This document shows positions 1 through 64,000 of a DNA stretch of 64,000 nt, one piece after another; positions within the stretch are counted from its first letter, which is position 1, and each line of letters opens with the position of its first letter. A model generated the notes under the pieces. The model saw nothing but the letters and a program-made list of their open reading frames with translations, had not been told where the DNA came from and ran no database searches. Origin of the DNA: the human T2T-CHM13v2.0 reference genome, Homo sapiens. The position numbers and the translations under genes are program-made. The stretch is taken from the NCBI RefSeq assembly GCF_009914755.1, contig NC_060943.1; one strand, 5' to 3'.

Positions 1-2648
<2,648 letters not shown>

Positions 2649-3007
2649 TCATGCGTGGCCTTCAGACCCTGTGAGCCCGCTCGGGGACAGGGTTACGGCC
2701 AATCCAGCAGAGATTCTGGCAAAGCATCCCGGGAATGAGAGTGAGAAAGGCCCAAAGCAGTCAAGGCCCAAAGACAACCCTCGACCCCATCTCTCCAAAT
2801 GTCAGCCCTCAAGATCTCAGGCTCTCTGGACCTCAATCTCCATGCCACTTCAGAGGCCCCAAATTTCAGCCACAGCAGCTCCAGATCATAGCCCTAGGTC
2901 TTCAGAGATCACTCCACTAATTCCCAAATATCACCCCAGGGATCCAGTTCTGACAGCCAAGACCACTCCTCTCATAAAATAATACCGGATATTAGGTGAA
3001 GATCCCG

Positions 3008-3105
3008 AAAGCCCCGAGGAAACCCTAAATCTCATCCTGAGGACACCGATCCCACCAAAGCCCCGAGGAAACGCCAAATCTCATCCCGAGGACACCGATC
3101 CCACC
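3008..3105. repeat. 49-bp tandem duplication (2 copies)
   Basis: aaagccccgaggaaac..aaatctcatcc.gaggacaccgatcccacc at 3008-3056 and 3057-3105, 3 mismatches. Confidence 0.9.
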
Positions 3106-3239
3106 GTTAGGAACCGGGACCTCAATCCGCAGCACCCGGATTCCGAGAACAGAGGCGTCGGGGCCAAATGGGCTGAATCTGGTACCTCACTCCCACGCCC
3201 CCGGGTGGACAGCGACCCTCCTCGGCCGCGTCCCCTCGT

Positions 3240-3520
3240 GGGTTTCCCCCAACCAATAATTCGTCCCGCCTCCCAGCTGAGCCCGAAGCCAATCGGGTCG
3301 TAGATCTGCACCTTTCTATCCCGCCCTCCTGGGTATTGACTAATCGTAGAAACCCCCCTGGGATCCCGCCCCCTCCACGGGCTTTTATCCAATTACGCCG
3401 CGGCTACTAAGCGCAGCTGAAGCGTGAAGGCGCCAATGAGGCCTTCGGCTACTCCGGCAGGGGCGGAACTAAAATGCCGGCCACACCCCTCTCTGTGACT
3501 CAGTCTCTGAGCGTTTTAAT
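3240..3520. promoter_or_regulatory. Bidirectional CpG-rich promoter shared by TMEM205 and CCDC159
   Basis: Head-to-head genes; CCAAT boxes at 3253, 3289, 3389, 3433; several GC boxes (CCCGCC/GGGGCGG); high CpG; no TATA seen. Confidence 0.8.
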
Positions 3521-3584
3521 ACGATGGTGTCCCCGCGGGATCAAACTTCAGCGTCACAGCTGAGGACTGGCTTCGTGGTCCCTG

Positions 3585-11855
<8,271 letters not shown>

Positions 11856-11896
11856 GCAGCCGGGACTGCTCTCCCTGAAGACCCCTCCAGAGAGAA

Positions 11897-11902
11897 AATA
11901 AA
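11897..11902 (+). terminator. CCDC159 polyadenylation signal AATAAA
   Basis: AATAAA about 40 nt after the stop codon, followed by a T/GT-rich downstream element. Confidence 0.8.
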
Positions 11903-12299
11903 CTAGCCCAGACCCTCCTCTAGCCCCGACTGTTAGTCTTGCTGCTTCCTGTGCCTAGGAATCCCCCTGCCCTCCTAGTTTACCCCTCATTGTTGGGGGG
12001 GAGGGGTGTAGAGACCCCAGGGGTCATTCGGGATGTGTGGGCTTGGAATCAGGGGACATCTGAAGCCAGATTTAATATATGACAAGGCAAGGAGTCATTC
12101 TGTCCAGACACGAGCAGCCAGACAGACTTCCACACTGGCCACAGAGCCTTCCTTTCTGGGGGGCCCTGGCGAATGGGGAAACTGAGGCCCAGAGAGGGAG
12201 AGGCGCGGCCCAGGGACATACTCTGAAGCCCCTCCCTCCTATTACCCTCGGAGCCCCGCCCACCCCAGGGTCCTCCCTCTCTACTTCCATTCTTGGTTC

Positions 12300-12550
12300 C
12301 TTCCTACAATCGATGCTAACACGCCCCGCCTCCAAGATCACGGAGGCCCCGCCCCACGGGGCTATGCAAATGAGACGCCCGGAGGCCCCGCCCCTCCCTC
12401 CACCTCGGAGTCTGCGCGGCGCGGCCAGGCCCGGCCGACCGCGTCTCGGTCTCCGCGTCTGCCAGCCTGGCTGGCAGTCCGTCTGTCCATCCCGCCGCGC
12501 CGGGGCAGTCTAGGCGGAGCGGGGGCTCAGGCGGCGGCGGCCTCGACGCG
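12300..12550 (+). promoter_or_regulatory. PLPPR2 CpG-island promoter and non-coding first exon
   Basis: Several CCCCGCCC boxes, perfect octamer ATGCAAAT at 12364-12371, high CpG, donor CG|GTGAGA at 12551. Confidence 0.75.
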
Positions 12551-12759
12551 GTGAGAGGAGGGGGTGGGGGCGCCCCTCATCCCCTCCCGTGGGCTTCCCA
12601 CCCCCGGTGTCGGTCTCCGGTTCCTGAGGGTTGGGTCCCTCTGGGTCCAGCGCGGGGAGGGGCGGGGGAGGGGAGGCGGCGAGCTGGGGGAGGGGACCGG
12701 GCTGGGGGAGGGGACCCCGGGCCGAGGAGCCAGCACCGGTGGTGAGGGCGGCTGTGGGT

Positions 12760-13641
12760 AACTGTGATTGTGTGGTTGTCATTGTGTGTCTGTGTGTGGT
12801 TGTGTAACTGTCATCGTGTGGCTGCATGACTGGGATTGTGTGGTTTCGGGAGGTCCGCGGGTGTGTGTGTGTGTGTGTCACTGTCATTGTGCGGCTGTCG
12901 TTGTGGGTGTCACTCTGATGGTTTGTGTGTGTGTGTCTGGCTATGCTGTGACTGCCATTGGCCCCCCGTGTGGCTGCTGTCTCTGTGTGTGACTGTCTTG
13001 GTGTTCGTGTGGTTGTGTGCATAGGACTGTCATTGTGTGGCTGCTGTTGTGTGTTCATTCTGATGGTGTGTATGTGTGTGTGGCTGTGGTCGTGCGCTGT
13101 GCACCTTTCTTGTGTGGCATTGTGAGTCTGTGTCATGGTCCATGGATGTGGCCATGTGGTTGTAGATGGCACCTTGTCTCTCCCCTGTGACTGTTGGTGT
13201 GAATAAGAGACTGTTAGTGTGTGTGTGGCTGTCGCTGAGTGCCTTGTAATTGGGGGTGTGACGCTGTGATGAGTTCTGTGACCCCCATTGTGTGCGGTGA
13301 CTCTTTTCTGTGACTCTTAAGTGTGTTGCAGGCCTGACTGTGTGTCCCTGACTGTAGCGGTGTGGGGGCTTGTGTGGGACTGTGATGTGTGTAGGGTCTC
13401 CTGACATGTCTCTCTCTGTTTGGCCTGGGGTGGGGGTGGGGACTTGTTTGATCTGTTTGGTGTCTCTGACAGGCTATGAGCCCACTGTGTGTGAGTATGC
13501 AGTGACATGTGTTGTGTGTGTTGGACACCTGTCTGAACAAGGGGGCCCCTCTTGTTTACTGCAAAGTGGCGCCCAGCACAGCGCCTGGAAGTCGGCAGGT
13601 GCTCGGTCTTCACTGTGGGATGGGTGAACGCTATGCCATGG

Positions 13642-13679
<38 letters not shown>

Positions 13680-13680
13680 T
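12760..13680 (+). repeat. TG-rich low-complexity region ending in a (TG)n microsatellite
   Basis: About 900 bp of degenerate GTGTG/TGTGAC units; pure (TG)n at about 13643-13678. Confidence 0.9.
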
Positions 13681-14657
13681 GCCAGGATGGAGGCTGCGGC
13701 TGGGTTGTGCTTCCTAAGGGTGACAGCATGGGTGACTCTGGGTATCTAGGACCTCTGGCAACCATCACCCCATATCACACTGCAGAGTGAGTGTCGTGGT
13801 TGGGGTGCTGGACCCAGAGTGCCTACCCTCGCCTGCCTGGGCCTCAGTTTCCACATCTGCACAATGGGGGTGACCATCCCTGCCCTGCTGGCTGCCAGGA
13901 GCGGCTGTGAGTCTTCAGGCGTGGATGCAGCCTGGGGGAAGCCATAGGGCGCTTTCACAGGTGAGATGGGGCTGGGAGAATGGATGCAAGCAGGTGTGAC
14001 TGTGTTGAGCCCTAAAGCGCTGGGGACTGGGGGTAGCCTTGGGGGAGGGAAGAGGAGAACTGGGAGGCAGACCGGCTGGGAAGAGGGGGAAGGAGGGAGA
14101 GGCAGTTGGCAGAGAAGGAGGGCTTGGCTATCAGCCCAACCAGACACCAACACCACAGCCCATGGGGACAGAGAGAGGGGCCCCTGCAGAGGCCATGGAG
14201 GAAGCGACTCAGGGGAAGGGTCTGGTAGGGATGGGGGCCCCTTGGGAAAGAGGATGGTGTCCCCTAAAAACTAGTGGGGACCCTTCTAAGTGCCATGGGG
14301 GAGGGGTTCCCATGAGGCTGGGGAGTCTCTTCTAAAGGCCCACCTCCTAAAGGGCATTGGGTCAGAGCCTCCCATGTAGGCTGTAAAGGAAGGGACCCCC
14401 GTAGACTCTTGGGGAGTGGTGTCAGAGGAGGCAGGTGTCCCCAGTAGGGTCAGGACCAACAGGGCAGGACCTGGATTGCAGAGGCATGGCCAGAAGGTTC
14501 AAGGGACAGAGTCAGGGCCTCCCCGGGTCTTCAGGGCCAGGGGTGTGGCCAAAGGACTCAGGGGATGAAGCCAGGGTCCCGGTGACCTGAGCCTTCCCCT
14601 AGGCACACCCCCTGGGACTCCCACTCCCTCCCCACCTCTGCAGGCCTGGCCTTCACC

Positions 14658-21662
<7,005 letters not shown>

Positions 21663-22612
21663 GGCCCGACCACCCACCCAGAATCTGCCCAGTCCCCACT
21701 TCTTCCCTGCCACGCGTGTGTGTGCGTGTGCCACGTGAGTGCCAAAGTCCCCTGCCCCCCAAGCCAGCCAGACCCAGACATTAGAAGATGGCTAGAAGGA
21801 CATTTAGGAGACATCTGCCTCTCTGGCCCTCTGAGATATCCCGATGGGCACAAATGGAAGGTGCGCACTTGCCCCTACTATTGCCCTTTTAAGGGCCAAA
21901 GCTTGACCCCATTGGCCATTGCCTGGCTAATGAGAACCCCTGGTTCTCAGAATTTTAACCAAAAGGAGTTGGCTCCAACCAATGGGAGCCTTCCCCTCAC
22001 TTCTTAGAATCCTCCTGCAAGAGGGCAACTCCAGCCAGTGTTCAGCGACTGAACAGCCAATAGGAGCCCTTGGTTTCCAGAATTTCTAGAGTGGGTGGGC
22101 ATGATTCCAGTCAATGGGGGACCGCCCGTGTCTAAGCATGTGCAAAGGAGAGGAGGGAGATGAGGTCATTGTTTGTCATTGAGTCTTCTCTCAGAATCAG
22201 CGAGCCCAGCTGTAGGGTGGGGGGCAGGCTCCCCCATGGCAGGGTCCTTGGGGTACCCCTTTTCCTCTCAGCCCCTCCCTGTGTGCGGCCTCTCCACCTC
22301 TCACCCACTCTCTCCTAATCCCCTACTTAAGTAGGGCTTGCCCCACTTCAGAGGTTTTGGGGTTCAGGGTGCTGTGTCTCCCCTTGCCTGTGCCCAGGTC
22401 ATCCCAAACCCTTCTGTTATTTATTAGGGCTGTGGGAAGGGTTTTTCTTCTTTTTCTTGGAACCTGCCCCTGTTCTTCACACTGCCCCCCATGCCTCAGC
22501 CTCATACAGATGTGCCATCATGGGGGGCATGGGTGGAGCAGAGGGGCTCCCTCACCCCGGGCAGGCAAAGGCAGTGGGTAGAGGAGGCACTGCCCCCCTT
22601 TCCTGCCCCCTC

Positions 22613-22658
22613 CTCATCTTTAATAAAGACCTGGCTTCTCATCTTTAATAAAGACCTG
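22613..22658 (+). terminator. Duplicated PLPPR2 polyadenylation signal
   Basis: ctcatctttAATAAAgacctg occurs twice with a 25-bp period; AATAAA at 22622 and 22647. Confidence 0.85.
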
Positions 22659-23361
22659 TTTGTAACAGAAGTTTGGCCATCTGCCTTCCTCCCCCGGGTG
22701 GTGGGGGGGTGCGGAGGACATTCATCGTGGGTCTAGATGTCTGTGGAGCTGGGTGTGGGTGTGTTGCCGCAGTGTATCTAAGGACAATTGTGGAAAGGCA
22801 GCCCGGTTTCATGGAGCTTCAGACTTGGGCTGAAATCCTGGCTCAGCATTCTGGGCTCTGTGGCCTCAGAAAAGTTCATTCACCTCTCTGTGCCCTTGTT
22901 TCTTCATCTATCAAAGGCAAACAGTCACTCAAGCTACCAAGGCACACAAACCCACATCAGGAGCCGTACATGCCCTGTGTGTCTCAGGCCAGGGCACAGA
23001 GGGCACAAGGAATGGGGTGAGGATACTTGGGGGTCCTGAGAGGGATGGGGGATGCTGAGGGGCACTAAGAACCTCCAAGTGGAACACCTGGCTGTGTGGA
23101 TGAGAACAGGGGTGCTGAGTATGAGATTACACCAAGACCCAACCCCCCTGAGAACTCAGCAGATACTGGGGATGTTCAAAGGGTCAGGGAGAGGGAGCCA
23201 CAGGACCCCTCCCTCAATTGTGGCTCTGAGGGCTTTCAGACAGGGCATTTGGGACCCAGAGTCACTCAGGAACCAGGAAAAGGGAGTCTGTTTCCCTTCT
23301 CTCCTTAATTAATTCACTCATTCATTAAGCAAACACTGTAGAACCCCTACTGTGTGCTAGA

Positions 23362-24846
<1,485 letters not shown>

Positions 24847-24977
24847 CAGGTGCTGTTTAGTTAGGCACAGGGTGGGGGTTGTGGCAGGGGGAGGTTACAG
24901 CAGTAAACAACAGACACAAACCTCTGCTGTCACGGATGTGAGCGTTCTAATATGTAAGACAACAAACAAGGTAAATG

Positions 24978-30245
<5,268 letters not shown>

Positions 30246-30679
30246 TGTATGTGCATTTGGAGTGTTGAAATGTGAGGTGAATCATGCGTTGTATATCTGC
30301 TGGGGGATGGGGGCTGAGGTGGCGTGTTTGACAGCGCAGTGTATCGGTGTGCTTCACTGTGTGTGTCTGTGTGTGTAGTGGCAATGTCATAGTTGCGTGT
30401 TTTGCAAGAGAAAGGGTGTGGGGGATGAATGTGGGACAGAGTTTGTATGGGATGCTTTGTGTCAGGATAGGGCAAGGTTGGAGCATGTGGATGATGGGGA
30501 TTCTGAAAGTAGAATATATTCAGAGATGCCATGGTGTGTGTGTGTGTGTGTGTGTGTGTAGAGGGGTGTGAGTGAGCCCAGCTGTGTGAGTGGGTGTGTT
30601 GGGGGATGTCGTGGAGCTGTTTTCTGGTCCCAGAGGGAGAGAGAAAGCCCAGGAAATCTCACTTTCTCCCTGCCCCTGG

Positions 30680-30736
30680 GTCTCCAGGCAACGGCACCAC
30701 TTTGGAGTTACCAGGAGACAAGGTTGCCAGGGCAAC
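30680..30736. promoter_or_regulatory. Cluster of three RFX X-boxes
   Basis: GTCTCCAGGCAAC (30680), GTTACCAGGAGAC (30707), GTTGCCAGGGCAAC (30723). Confidence 0.65.
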
Positions 30737-31650
30737 ACAGGCGTGAGTGGCAGCTCTGGGGCGAAGTCTGGGTGAGAAGATCCAGCCAGGGATCACGATC
30801 ATTCACTTTGTTCCTCCCTTTCTCCCTGTTTCTCATCAATCCCACCTCCCTTCCTTCATTGTCTTAACGAGCACGTATTTGAGAACCTACAAATGTGCTA
30901 GGTGCTATTCTCGGTACTGGAGAACAGAAGTGAACAAGACAATGTCCCTGCTGTATCTCTCCTTCAGTCTTCCAGCTCCTGTCTCTTTATCTCTCCTGCT
31001 TCCTTCTTTGTCCTGCGGTCCTGCCTTCCCCCCGTACCACAAAGGCGGCCCCACAGAACCCCTTAGCCAGTGAGGAAGTAAGTTGAGAGGCTTCATCTCA
31101 CAGACTTTCGGGGATGGCCGTTGATGTTTTGTCCACGAGCCTGTGTCCCCAGACACACACTCCGGCCCATACTCAGGTGCACAGAAAGACAAGCACACAG
31201 CTCATCCCCCTCTCCAAAACTCTCAGTTGTCATTGGATGACATCAGCAAAACCACACACAAATACATGCCGATCACAATACTCCTCTGAGATATCATAAG
31301 CCCCATTTTACAGCAGGGCAAACTGAGGCTAGGAGCCTTTAAATAATATGTCACTCATTCTGGTCTACTCCTCCAACTTTCAACCCTTATATTTGTCTGA
31401 TTAGCTGACAATAATAGTATTCGTGCTGGTTCCCCCAGCAGCCTCCCTCAGGGAAGGGTCTTATTTCCCTCGAATGCACCCATTCCTCCGCATAGGTTCT
31501 AACCATTTGCCCATTCACCTGAGGAATCGAGTTTTGATGGACAGATTCCTAGACCAATAGAGAAACTAAGTGAACTGTACCGATGCGGCCACGGCTTGGG
31601 CGGGACTAAGGCTGGGAACGAGCCACCGATTGGTCAGAGCTACGCGGCGA

Positions 31651-32986
31651 ATGGCGGAGACGCTGAGGCGGGTGCTAACCAGGGGCGGTGCGGCCTGGTC
31701 CGGGGAGGAGAACATGCCTGCCGCCGGACCGCCTTTGCTGCTGCTCGGTACACCAGGATCTGGAAAAACAGCGCTGCTATTTGCTGCGGCCCTAGAGGCG
31801 GCGGGGGAGGGCCAAGGCCCAGTCCTCTTCCTGACACGAAGGCCTCTTCAAAGCATGCCCCGCGGGACCGGAACGACTCTAGACCCAATGCGACTCCAGG
31901 TAACCGTGGGGGTGGGAGCAGAGGCGTTCTAGCCAATGGTGGAGTAGATCCGGGATATTGAGTAACAGGTAGACAAGCCAATGGAGAGGACGGTGGAAGA
32001 GCGAGCCAGGGCAGCCACGATGGGGCGGAGTCAGGCAGGCGGAGTGAGGAGTGGCACCACGCGGAGCTTAGTTAAGATTGAAGTGAGAGCCCATCCAATG
32101 ATGGGCGGTGTTAGCAAGAGGCGGTGCCCAGAGATTGAAGTCCGGCCCATCAAGGGGCGGGGCTAAGCTTGGGTCCATTCTGGACCTGAGTTGGTTCCTG
32201 TTAGTGTCAAGGATGGGGTCAGACCGAGAATGCTGGGGGAGGGTTTTCCGTGGAAAAATTGCGCTAGAGATTTGGCCAAAAACAAACAAGCAAAAATGGC
32301 TTGCCCTCAACTAATACTCGGCAGTGATGAGTGCTGGAAAAACGGGCGAATATAAGAATATTTAACAGCTCTGAACTGGTTCATCCTGGAACCAAGGAAA
32401 GTATGCAAGGAGGCAGGGTTACTTTTAAGGAGTCTGGCTTCCTGTGCTGAATCCGGCCCTTTCCTTCTGTTTCTCCTTCTAGAAGATCCGCTTCCAGTAC
32501 CCACCCTCAACCCGAGAGCTTTTCCGGCTCCTGTGCTCTGCCCATGAGGCCCCGGGGCCAGCCCCCTCCCTTCTGCTGCTCGACGGCCTAGAAGAGTACC
32601 TAGCGGAAGACCCAGAGCCCCAGGAAGCCGCCTACCTCATTGCCTTACTTCTAGACACAGCTGCCCACTTCAGCCACCGGCTTGGGCCTGGCCGGGATTG
32701 TGGGCTCATGGTGGCCCTCCAGACCCAGGAGGAAGCAGGTAGTGGGGACGTCCTGCACCTGGCACTGCTCCAGCGGTATTTTCCTGCCCAGTGCTGGCTG
32801 CAGCCAGATGCACCAGGTCCAGGAGAGCACGGCCTCCGAGCCTGCCTGGAGCCAGGCGGGCTGGGCCCCAGAACAGAGTGGTGGGTGACTTTCCGATCAG
32901 ATGGAGAAATGATGATCGCTCCGTGGCCCACCCAGGCTGGTGACCCCAGCTCAGGCAAGGGTTCAAGCTCTGGAGGCCAGCCCTGA
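31651..32986 (+). CDS. SWSAP1: SWIM-type zinc finger 7-associated protein 1 (RAD51-paralog-like ATPase, Shu complex)
   Basis: Exon 31651-31899 (second in-frame ATG at 31714, MPAAGPPLLLLGTPGSGKT, Walker A) spliced to 32483-32986 (KIRFQYPP...LLLLDGLEEY, Walker B...SSSGGQP*). 250 or 229 aa. Confidence 0.95.
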
Positions 32987-33187
32987 GCTTTGGTGGGTGA
33001 CTACCTCTCTGTGCTTCAGTTTCCCATGGCTGGAATACTTACCTCAGGGACATATGCAGATCCAAAGACCTAAACAATGTAAAGTGCTTTTTCTCTTTTA
33101 AAAGTATAGCATTATCTTGTATATATTTTACCCAATCAATATGTTGTTTATAGTTTCATTGCTTTAAACTTTATAAAAAGAGCTTCA

Positions 33188-34100
<913 letters not shown>

Positions 34101-34192
34101 AAGTAGTTAAAGCAAAACTCCCACTGAGTTACTTGTTGACACCAAGTGTCATCAGAGTACTTTCTTAGAACATGGCCTGATTCAGAATTACT

Positions 34193-34198
34193 TTTATT
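34193..34198 (-). terminator. Probable EPOR polyadenylation signal
   Basis: tttatt on + = AATAAA on -, about 760 nt downstream of the EPOR stop. An ATTAAA alternative lies near 34547. Confidence 0.6.
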
Positions 34199-34204
34199 AT
34201 TATT

Positions 34205-34600
34205 AGTGGCAGAGACTAGCTAGTGGCCCTTAAACAGCTTTGCCCTTCCTGGGTGTACAGCTAAACTAAGTTTCCTGGCCTTTCATGTGACTGGGGTCAT
34301 GTGACTGTTTCCAGCCAGTGAGGTGTGAGAAGAAGAGAGGAAGCCCATTTCCAGGCCAGATCCCTCAAATGGCCCATTGAGGGTCATTGCTGCCCTTTTT
34401 CTTCCCTTGCTGACTGGCAGTTTGTAGAACAGGGGATCCATCTAAGTACCCTAAGAGAAGGTAGAGCTACAGACTGGAAGAGTCTGAACCTCTGACTCAT
34501 CCCATGGATGGCTGCCCATTTGAGCTGAGTTAGGAGAGAGAAATCATTTAATGTGGTAAGCCAGTAAGATTTAAGAGCTGTTTAACATACTATTTTGTTA
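34205..34600. mobile_element. MLT1-type LTR remnant in the distal EPOR 3'UTR
   Basis: MLT1-like text: cttcctgggtgtacagctaaacta...ggtcatgtgact...gagagagaaat...taagccagtaagattt. Confidence 0.5.
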
Positions 34601-34953
34601 TGTTATGAGTAGCATTCAGATTGCAGATCCAGCTTCTGAATAAGCTCAAGAACTTTAACTTCTATCCCTATGGCCTATGCCCAGGGGAAGATGGGACTTA
34701 AAGGGTGTTTGTAGAAATCATGGTAGAAAAACTTACATACATATGTGTATATATATATATAGATACAAAAAAAAACTATACATATTTAAAAATACTGCAA
34801 GGTTGTGGTTTCCTGAGCAGGATGGATTGGGCAGACAAAATCAGCAATGCCCCTGCTCCTGAGAGAGGCCTCGCCATCCCTGTTCCATAAGTCTTGAGTC
34901 TGCACTGGTTCTCTGAGTCATATTGGATCCCTGATCATCTGCAGCCTGGTGTC

Positions 34954-41177
<6,224 letters not shown>

Positions 41178-41244
41178 GATACAGCCCCCGCCACGGGGAG
41201 CCCAGGGCTCCTGCCCCTCCGTCCCCCGCCCCCGGCACAGTCCA

Positions 41245-41362
41245 CAGCTGGGTCAGCAGCTGCCTCCGCCGGACGCAGCTGACCAGGCCCTTCCCGACCA
41301 GGCGCCTCTAAGTGGCAGATCCCCGAGGGGGCGGGGCCAGCACTCAGCCTGGGTAGAGATAA
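41245..41362 (-). promoter_or_regulatory. EPOR proximal promoter/5'UTR: GATA site, Sp1 site and three E-boxes
   Basis: AGATAA 41357-41362; GGGGCGGGG about 41328-41336; CAGCTG at 41245, 41257, 41276. Fits the known GATA1/Sp1/TAL1 control of a TATA-less EPOR promoter. Confidence 0.85.
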
Positions 41363-41634
41363 GTGCCTGGCGGGAGGAGGCAGGGGCCCTTCCCGAGCCC
41401 AGAGGCCGCTTGGGGGCAGGGGAGGGAGTTGGGCCGCAACAGCTCCCGTTCTGGCTTCAGACACACGTTTTTTTTTTCTTTGTGGCCCTGGACAGGTGAC
41501 TTACCTTACCTGAGCTTCAGACTTCTCATCTGTAAAATCTAGCCTGGCACATAGCGAACATTCCAAAAAATGTACCTACTGATTTTATCGCAGAAATCAG
41601 CATCTCTTCCCAGCCTGGAAATAAATAAAAATTA

Positions 41635-41636
<2 letters not shown>

Positions 41637-41675
<39 letters not shown>

Positions 41676-41765
41676 TTCCTTCCTTCCTTCCTTCCTTCCT
41701 TCCTTCCTTCCTTCCTTCCTTCCTTCCTTCCTTCCCTCCTTCCCTCCTTCCCCCTCTCTCTCTCT
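41637..41765. repeat. Compound (CT)n(CCTT)n microsatellite upstream of EPOR
   Basis: (CT) about 17 units, then about 15 TTCC units at 41676-41735, in the tail of an Alu fragment. Confidence 0.95.
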
Positions 41766-41769
41766 GTCT

Positions 41770-50965
<9,196 letters not shown>

Positions 50966-51096
50966 TAGCTGTTTTCCTTTATCTTGATAAAGGGTGAACA
51001 TGGCACACAGGCGCAAAATAAACAAGACTGACACCTGTTTCATAACTCTGGTCACTATTTTCATCCGCATCTGTCACTTCTGATGCGTCTCTAACA

Positions 51097-51102
51097 TTTA
51101 TA
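51097..51102 (-). terminator. Possible RGL3 polyA signal (variant TATAAA)
   Basis: tttata on +, about 280 nt downstream of the stop; no canonical AATAAA seen nearby on the minus strand. Confidence 0.4.
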
Positions 51103-51379
51103 AGATTTCTCTGGGGAGGGATTTGACGTATCCATGCCCCACCTCTTTCTACATTTATGGGATTGAGCTCTCCACCAGCCACCCATGGGCTGATGTCTTT
51201 GGAATATGGATCTAGTACCAACAGAGTCAGAAAAAGAGATGGGGTCCAATGGGCTACAGTTGGGTGGTGGTCCTGGGATACACAGCACAGTGGCCTCTAC
51301 TGGGGGATGGCAGCTTTCCAGGAGAAGAGTCGCAAGCTTGCCTGTGGGACTTGTGTCTTGTGGAGAGGACAGGGCTGCC

Positions 51380-63841
<12,462 letters not shown>

Positions 63842-64000
63842 CTGATCATTAGAAAGGGTTACAAACTCTCAAGTTTGAATCCAAGACTGGCTGTGTGACC
63901 TTGGGTGAGTCCCTGTCCCTCTCTGAGGCTCACTTTCCTCATTTGTAAAACGGAGAGCTCTCTTAAATTTTTTTTTTTTTTTGAGACAGTCTTACTCTGT

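Noticed and set aside
3008-3105. Short direct repeats here and at 22613-22658 as a CRISPR-like array
   Set aside because: Only two adjacent copies, no unique spacers, eukaryotic context, no cas genes.
12510-13613. 220-aa and neighbouring His/Thr-rich ORFs on the minus strand
   Set aside because: By-product of the CA/TG low-complexity tract; no domain or splice support.
41495-41545. Strong minus-strand donor CAG|GTAAGGTAAGT upstream of EPOR (possible upstream or RGL3 read-through exon)
   Set aside because: Lies in a MIR-like fragment; no supportable upstream exon or ORF from sequence alone.

Overview
Human (primate) genomic DNA, very Alu-dense and GC-rich. The gene order TMEM205(-), CCDC159(+), PLPPR2(+), SWSAP1(+), EPOR(-), RGL3(-) matches chromosome 19p13.2. 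I rebuilt all six exon chains from splice sites with phase checks: CCDC159 297 aa, PLPPR2 343 or 452 aa via dual donors, SWSAP1 229/250 aa, EPOR 508 aa; TMEM205 and RGL3 are cut by the window edges. Most other ORFs in the track are Alu or low-complexity artefacts. I found no new protein-coding system, CRISPR array or structural RNA gene. The most interesting unexplained signals are cis-regulatory or structural: (1) a near-perfect REST/RE1 site downstream of PLPPR2 plus an L2-borne RE1-like site upstream; (2) a triple RFX X-box upstream of SWSAP1; (3) strand-biased RGGTCA (nuclear-receptor half-site / branch-point-like) arrays in RGL3 and CCDC159 introns; (4) a CCAAT/GC-box promoter-like module inside EPOR intron 4; (5) phase-compatible alternative N-terminal exons of CCDC159; (6) a zero-spacer inverted Alu junction. 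All are hypotheses from reading the sequence only.
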